Assembly: GCA_937928005.1 (NCBI GenBank)
Contig: CALFVD010000055.1
Location: 3,516 to 67,515, forward strand
DNA from: an uncultured Neomegalonema sp.
GTDB taxonomy: Bacteria; Pseudomonadota; Alphaproteobacteria; Rhodobacterales; Rhodobacteraceae
DNA length: 64,000 nt
Direction: 5' to 3'
Within the stretch, counting starts at the first letter, position 1. Each line of letters opens with the position of its first letter. This document shows, piece by piece, positions 58,096 through 64,000 of this stretch. The translations under genes were made by a program, and so were the position numbers. The notes below the pieces were generated by a model. The model searched no databases, was not told the DNA's origin, and saw nothing but the letters and a program-made list of their open reading frames with translations.

Positions 58096-61000
58096 ATGAT
58101 CCGTAATATACGAATGAATATGCGTTACCCCTTGCTCGCGTTGCTGGCCGTCGCTGCGTCATGGACTGCTTTGACCGGTGAAAAAGCCCAAGCACAAAGC
58201 ACTCTGCCAACATTCAGTTGTACCTCTGATTTCTATGAAATCATTGAGGGTGATTTGCATGTTTTGAATATTTCCACTGGTGTCTATGATCCCATTGGAC
58301 CTGATCATCCGAAGTATAACGGTGCGGGATATAATGTTAATGACGATTACATTTATCTTGTCGACCACGATCGTGCATCATCAACGCGCTTTCACTTGAT
58401 AAGGATGGGGTCAAACGGTCAAGTCGAAGATCTTGGGAATGTAGGCGTTTCGGCAAATGCCGGTGATATGGATCTTGATAACAAACTCTATTTGAAAGAC
58501 GGTAATTCTAGTCTGAGTGTTGTGAACGTTCTCAATAGTACGACGACCACGCTGAATTTTTCTGGCTCAACGGGCGCTTCTCTATGGGACATCGCTTACA
58601 TTGATACGGGTGTATCCAAGGCGATGGTAGGCGCACGTGAGGGGAGCGTACGATACTATAACCTAACAACTGGAGTCGCCGGAAGCATCCCAGTACCAGG
58701 CTTGCCCGCAGGCAGCAACTATGGCGCGGTTTGGTCGACATCGAATGGCAATCTTTTCATCTCAGAGAACGGCTCTGGTACGATTACAGAAATCTCAGAC
58801 CCACTCGGTTCCCCCGCAATCGTTGGGACATTCAGCGCCGCCGATGCATCTAACCACGATGGCGCAAGCTGTTATCTTGCTTCTTCGCCACTATCACCAG
58901 CGCCTGATCGTTCCGATGCACCAAATTCAGGAACAGCGCCAAATGGTTCAGGAACGAATGCGTATGACGGTGCGGAGCATACAATCGTTTCCGGTATACG
59001 ACTCGGTGCTGCCATCGATGAAGATGGTGGACCGATTGCCAATCCAGACGCGACAGGTGATGGTGGGGATGACGATGGAATCTCCGCGTTCCCGACGCTG
59101 ACCGAAGGCGATACCAGCTATACTATTGCCCCAACAGATTTCAATGCAGGGGCTGGCGACGGTACACTCTACGCTTGGATCGATTTTGATGGTGATGGAG
59201 CGTTCGAGACGACTGAGTTCGCCTCGGCGACCGTTACTGGCGGAGCGGTGCAAGGCGCGTTGAACTTCTCTGGTTTTGGCGCGACCATGAATGCAGGCAC
59301 GACCTTCGCCCGTTTCCGCCTAACCAACGATACCCTTACCAGTGCTAATTTCGCCACAAGCGCAAGCGATGGTGAGGTGGAAGATTATACGGTGACAATT
59401 GCCGCTGCGCCAACCGGGCCTTCTCTGCCACCTTTCACATGTTCTGCGGATTTCTATGAAATTATTGGGGGTGATTTACATATCTTAGATATTGCAACTG
59501 GAAATTACAATCCAATTGGCCCCGATCATCAGCAATTGAGTGCTTCTGGGTATAATGTGAATGATAACTACATTTATTTGATCGACGATGATGCATCTTC
59601 TGCAACACAGTTTAATTTGTTTCGGATGGGTTCCAATGGCCAAATTGAAGATCTTGGCAATGTGGGTGTTGCGTCAAATGCTGGCGATATGGATCTCGAT
59701 AACAATTTCTATATGAAAAACAGTAATTCCAGTTTGCATGTCGTGGATGTTCTCACAAACGCGACAACTACGTTGAATTTTTCTGGAACAACTGGCGGTA
59801 ATGTTGCCGATTTTGCTTACATCGAGAGCGGCACGTCAAAAGCAATGATCGGTGTGCACAATGGGAGTGTTAGATACTATAATCTAACAACCGGAGTTGC
59901 TGGAAGCACTGTAGTACCTGGTTTGACAACCACCGGCAAATATGGTGCCGCCTGGTCAACGTCGAATGGTAATCTTTTCGTGTCGGAAAACGGGACCGGG
60001 ACGATTACGGAAATTTCAGACCCACTCGGTACCCCGGCAATTGTTAATACGTTTAGTGCTGCCAACACGTCTGACCACGATGGCGCAAGCTGCTACTATG
60101 CGTCTTCGCCATTGCCACCAGCGCCTGACCGCTCTGATGCACCAATTGTAGGGACAGCGCCTGATGGGGTAGGAACAAATGCGTATGGCAATGCGGAGCA
60201 TACAGTTGTTGCCGGTATCCGCCTCGGTGCCGCCATTGATGAGGATGGTGGACCGATTACCAATTCGGATGCATCAGGTGATGCTGGGGATGACGATGGG
60301 ATATCCGCCTTCCCAACGCTGACCGAAGGCGTCACTAGCTATACTATTACCCCAACAGATTTCAACGCGGGGGCTGGTGGCGATACGCTCTACGCGTGGA
60401 TCGATTTCGACGGCGACGGGGTGTTTGAGGCCAGTGAATTCGCATCTTCACCCGCTACGAATGGTGTGCCCACGGGCAATCTGAATTTCTCTGGCTTTGG
60501 CACCACCATGAACGCAGGAACGACCTTTGCTCGTTTTCGTTTGACCACCGACACTCTCTCCTCTGCCGATGCAGCGACCGCAGCGAGCGATGGTGAAGTA
60601 GAAGATTATGCAGTGACAGTGGCGGCCAGCTCCAGCCTGCCGCCGATGGGTCCGCTGCAAGTTTGTCCCGTTCAAGACGGCGCGGAAATCCTGTTCCGTT
60701 CAGGCAATTCTTGGGACGATGGCGCCCCGCCCCCTTACGCAGTATGGACGTTCAACGACACGCCCGGCGTGCAGAACAACACGGGCGGTACTATCGCGAG
60801 CCTAGGCACCTTCACCGCAGGCCCCGGCCTGAGCGCGCCACAAGTCGGCTCCGCACGCAACGTGACCAACGTATCGGCCACCACGCTCGCCGAATCCTTC
60901 GCATTGGATGAATACGTTCAACACCCCTTTACGACCGGTTCGACTGAGGGGCTGATCATTGATCAGATTCAGTTCCGCGATCTGACGGAACCCAGTACAC

Positions 61001-63756
61001 GCTTCCCCTCCGATTTTGCACTGATGATTTCCGACGATCCGAATTTCGGCCATGCCTCGGTGATGCTTCAGGATGCCTATTACGGAGATAATGGAAGTCC
61101 GGTCCGCACGAAATACCCGCTGGTCAATCGCGTGGTGATGGAGGCGAATAAGCAGTATTATCTTCGGTTTTACTTCTACAACATGGCGGCGTCGGCGGGC
61201 CTGTTCTACGATGACCTAACCTTCTACACTCACCAATGTACCGATTATGGCGATGCTCCAACTATCTATGGCGACGCGATCCATGTGCCCAAGGCGGGGA
61301 TGTATCTGGGTGCGGGCTTGCCTGATCTTGATCTGATTTCGTTGCAGGGCGGCGATGCGGGTGCAAGTGCGTCGGGTGATGGCGCAGATGAGGACGGGGT
61401 TTCGTCGTTCCCAACGCTGACGGAGGGCGATACTATCTATACCTTGCCTGCGGCGAATATCTCAGCGACAGGTACAGGCACGCTGCACGCTTGGATCGAT
61501 TTCAACGGCGATGATGTCTTCCAGAGCACCGAGCATACCTCCACGACCGTTTCGGGTGGCACACTGACGGGCGATCTGGACTGGACGGGCCAATCAACGA
61601 CCGCCACGGGCACGACCTATGCACGATTGAGATTCACCGATGACCTGACCGTCACCAATGCGACGGCGTTCTCCTTTGCCGATAGTGGCGAGGCAGAAGA
61701 TTATGCGGTGACGATAACGACCTTCGATTACTCCGACGCACCATTGACAGGGACGACCTATGGCGGCGCATCGCACCGTATCGTCAGCGGTATCAGCCTT
61801 GGCGGGACGGTAACAAACGAGTTGAGTGCCTATGATAGTCCAAACGCAGATGGCGATGTGGATAACGGCGTTACAATCCCCACGTTGACCCAAGGGACAA
61901 GCGCAACGATCACTGCGACGGTGCAGGGCGCTAGTGGTTATCTTCAGGCGTGGATCGACTGGAACGGCAATGGCAGTTTCAACGATACCGTTGATGGCAT
62001 CAGTGAGCAGATCGTGATCGATCTTCAAGATGGTGACTTATTGGATATTAACGCCAATGCGGGGACAATTTCGTTCACCGTAAATGTCCCTGCATCGGCA
62101 ACTATAGCCCAGACCTTCTCCCGCTTCCGCTGGTCCACCGAGAGCGACCTCGACAGCGTTTCTGCCGCCTCTGATGGTGAGGTTGAGGATTATGCGTTCA
62201 CGATCCAGCCGGGCTTTGATTATTCGGATGCCCCGGCAAGTTATGGCAGTGCATCTCATGCGCTCGTCACTGGTCCGACGCGCATCGGCTTGATCAATAC
62301 GAACGAGGCCACGGATTACGACGATGCCAATGCATCCGCCGATGCCGGTGATGATGGCGTCACAATCCCGGTGCTGATACTGGGTGGTGCAGATACGATC
62401 TCAGTCGATGTAGCGGGTTCGGGCTTCCTTCAGGCTTGGATCGACTGGGACGGCTCCGGTACATTCGATAGTCCGACCGAGCAAATCGCGACCGATATAC
62501 AGGATTTTGGAACAGGAACTATCCTGATCCCGGTCACTGTTCCCAATGACGCAGTCATTGGCCAAACCTTCGCTCGCTTCCGCTGGTCGACTGATTTCAA
62601 CATTGGCGCAAATGGCCTTGCGCCGGATGGTGAGGTTGAGGATTACGCGGTGACAATCGAGATGGGCAATACCGTGCTCTCAGGTCAGGTTTTCCTTGAT
62701 AACGGTATCGGCAGCGGTGTGGCGCATGATGCGCTGGTCAATGGCACCGAACAGGGTGGAACTTTCGGCAGTATTGCGATCTTCTCGACCGCAACGAATA
62801 CCCAGATTGCAACCGCGACGATTGATGCTGTGGGCAACTGGAATGCGGCGCTACCAGACGGATTTACGGGTGAGGTGCGCCTTGAGGCGATGGCTGATCC
62901 CGGCTATCGGATCATTTCGGAGAATGTGGACAGCCTGCCCGCGCCAACGAACCCAAGCACGGTGGATGGAACCTATACCTTCACCCCTGCAACGGGTACG
63001 AGCTATTCGGGCCTGAATATTGGTCTGATTGCCGAGCCTACGCTCACCCAAAACCAGTCCGTCACGGCCTTGCCGGGGCAGGTTGTCGATCTTGCGCATG
63101 TCTATACCGCGACGACGAGCGGGACGGTCAGCTTTGCTCTGACCGACAGTGTAAGTGTCCCGGCGGGGGCGTTCAGTACAACGATCTTTGATGACACTGA
63201 CTGTGATGGCGTTCCCGATCAGGTGTTGGATACCAGCAAAGTTGTAAATGCGGGTGATCAGATATGTGTGGTCCTGCGTACGCAGGCGGGCCTTGGCAAT
63301 GGATCGAGCGCGACGCATAGTTATGCACTGAATGCGACCACGCAATATTCGACGACTACAGCCAGCGGCACCCTGATTAACTATGACTCGATCAATGGCG
63401 GGGATGGTGATGATGTGCTGCTGGAGAAGCTGGTCACGAATATCACCAAATCGACGCCGGAAGGTGTGTCGAACTCGGCGGATATCGGCGATGTGCTGCG
63501 CTATCGGATTATCGTCACTAATCCGAGTACGGGGCCAGCGACGAATATCGCCATCTATGACCAGACCCCTGCCTATACTTCGCTTGAAGCGCCCATACCG
63601 ACCCCGGTGACTGTTGCAGCTGGGGTAACATGTGCCCTTACTGAACCGAGCGGTAACGTAAGTGGATATTCGGGACCGTTACAGTGGGATTGTGCCGGTG
63701 CATTCCCGCCCGGCGGATCAGGCTCAGTGACCTTTGAAGTGCGCATCGCACAGTAA
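58096..63756 (+). CDS. Large secreted adhesin-like protein with GEVED repeats and C-terminal DUF11
   Basis: GGGAG RBS before ATG 58096, signal peptide ending AQA, five AWID...RFR/RLR...GE(V/A)EDY modules, GDVLRYRI.VTN. Confidence 0.88.
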   Translation: MIRNIRMNMRYPLLALLAVAASWTALTGEKAQAQSTLPTFSCTSDFYEIIEGDLHVLNISTGVYDPIGPDHPKYNGAGYNVNDDYIYLVDHDRASSTRFHLIRMGSNGQVEDLGNVGVSANAGDMDLDNKLYLKDGNSSLSVVNVLNSTTTTLNFSGSTGASLWDIAYIDTGVSKAMVGAREGSVRYYNLTTGVAGSIPVPGLPAGSNYGAVWSTSNGNLFISENGSGTITEISDPLGSPAIVGTFSAADASNHDGASCYLASSPLSPAPDRSDAPNSGTAPNGSGTNAYDGAEHTIVSGIRLGAAIDEDGGPIANPDATGDGGDDDGISAFPTLTEGDTSYTIAPTDFNAGAGDGTLYAWIDFDGDGAFETTEFASATVTGGAVQGALNFSGFGATMNAGTTFARFRLTNDTLTSANFATSASDGEVEDYTVTIAAAPTGPSLPPFTCSADFYEIIGGDLHILDIATGNYNPIGPDHQQLSASGYNVNDNYIYLIDDDASSATQFNLFRMGSNGQIEDLGNVGVASNAGDMDLDNNFYMKNSNSSLHVVDVLTNATTTLNFSGTTGGNVADFAYIESGTSKAMIGVHNGSVRYYNLTTGVAGSTVVPGLTTTGKYGAAWSTSNGNLFVSENGTGTITEISDPLGTPAIVNTFSAANTSDHDGASCYYASSPLPPAPDRSDAPIVGTAPDGVGTNAYGNAEHTVVAGIRLGAAIDEDGGPITNSDASGDAGDDDGISAFPTLTEGVTSYTITPTDFNAGAGGDTLYAWIDFDGDGVFEASEFASSPATNGVPTGNLNFSGFGTTMNAGTTFARFRLTTDTLSSADAATAASDGEVEDYAVTVAASSSLPPMGPLQVCPVQDGAEILFRSGNSWDDGAPPPYAVWTFNDTPGVQNNTGGTIASLGTFTAGPGLSAPQVGSARNVTNVSATTLAESFALDEYVQHPFTTGSTEGLIIDQIQFRDLTEPSTRFPSDFALMISDDPNFGHASVMLQDAYYGDNGSPVRTKYPLVNRVVMEANKQYYLRFYFYNMAASAGLFYDDLTFYTHQCTDYGDAPTIYGDAIHVPKAGMYLGAGLPDLDLISLQGGDAGASASGDGADEDGVSSFPTLTEGDTIYTLPAANISATGTGTLHAWIDFNGDDVFQSTEHTSTTVSGGTLTGDLDWTGQSTTATGTTYARLRFTDDLTVTNATAFSFADSGEAEDYAVTITTFDYSDAPLTGTTYGGASHRIVSGISLGGTVTNELSAYDSPNADGDVDNGVTIPTLTQGTSATITATVQGASGYLQAWIDWNGNGSFNDTVDGISEQIVIDLQDGDLLDINANAGTISFTVNVPASATIAQTFSRFRWSTESDLDSVSAASDGEVEDYAFTIQPGFDYSDAPASYGSASHALVTGPTRIGLINTNEATDYDDANASADAGDDGVTIPVLILGGADTISVDVAGSGFLQAWIDWDGSGTFDSPTEQIATDIQDFGTGTILIPVTVPNDAVIGQTFARFRWSTDFNIGANGLAPDGEVEDYAVTIEMGNTVLSGQVFLDNGIGSGVAHDALVNGTEQGGTFGSIAIFSTATNTQIATATIDAVGNWNAALPDGFTGEVRLEAMADPGYRIISENVDSLPAPTNPSTVDGTYTFTPATGTSYSGLNIGLIAEPTLTQNQSVTALPGQVVDLAHVYTATTSGTVSFALTDSVSVPAGAFSTTIFDDTDCDGVPDQVLDTSKVVNAGDQICVVLRTQAGLGNGSSATHSYALNATTQYSTTTASGTLINYDSINGGDGDDVLLEKLVTNITKSTPEGVSNSADIGDVLRYRIIVTNPSTGPATNIAIYDQTPAYTSLEAPIPTPVTVAAGVTCALTEPSGNVSGYSGPLQWDCAGAFPPGGSGSVTFEVRIAQ

Positions 63757-63764
63757 CAATCGGT

Positions 63765-63798
63765 GGGGGCGCATGTGAAATGCGCCCCCGCTTTTTTT
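63765..63798 (+). terminator. Intrinsic terminator
   Basis: GGGGGCGCAT-GTGAA-ATGCGCCCCC followed by a T run. Confidence 0.8.
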
Positions 63799-64000
63799 AT
63801 GCCGCTGGCTCTGTCAGCAGCTTGCGTGTGCCTTCCCATATTTCCGCGACGATCTGCTCTGCCCCTTCCGCGCGGGCCAGCGCCGCCGACTGCCCCGCCC
63901 ACATCTGCATACCATCCGGGTTGCCCGCCGCGCGCATCGGTGCGGTCAGGGTGCGTTGTAGGGGATAGGGGGCCGGTTGCGGCGCATCCGGGTTCGCCGC
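63797..64000 (-). CDS. 3' end of a nitronate monooxygenase family flavoprotein (partial)
   Basis: PAPYPLQRTLTAPMRAAG...MQMWAGQSAALAR...IVAEIW. Confidence 0.75.
   Translation of the reverse strand, partial: AANPDAPQPAPYPLQRTLTAPMRAAGNPDGMQMWAGQSAALARAEGAEQIVAEIWEGTRKLLTEPAA

Overview
GC-rich chromosomal window from an alphaproteobacterium, Rhodobacterales/Rhizobiales-like in gene content (gapR, pcs, phasin, sppA-ihfB-lapA-trpF, CtrA/LexA-type boxes). Most of it is housekeeping and metabolic: ychF, dinB, proC, def-fmt, dapE, map, radC, dnaX-ybaB-recR, ugpBAEC, dgoKA, an IOR-family oxidoreductase, ggt, an MttB-family methyltransferase, hicAB and a ~1,890 aa GEVED-repeat surface protein. I found no rRNA, tRNA or CRISPR array. 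The most notable unannotated structures are: (1) four copies of a 92-94 bp TA-bounded palindromic MITE-like repeat; (2) two of those copies bracket a ~1.1 kb AT-rich island carrying two hydrophobic micropeptide ORFs missed by the ORF track, a small HTH gene and three operator palindromes; (3) a stand-alone T4 Rnl1-type RNA ligase behind a putative leader peptide (ending Pro-Ile-Pro-stop) and terminator; (4) a PLP-enzyme pair, including an alpha-methylserine aldolase-like protein, inserted into dnaX-ybaB-recR; (5) a patch of IS66/IS4/TRAP remnants beside ggt. All product calls come from motif recognition by eye; no database searches were run.
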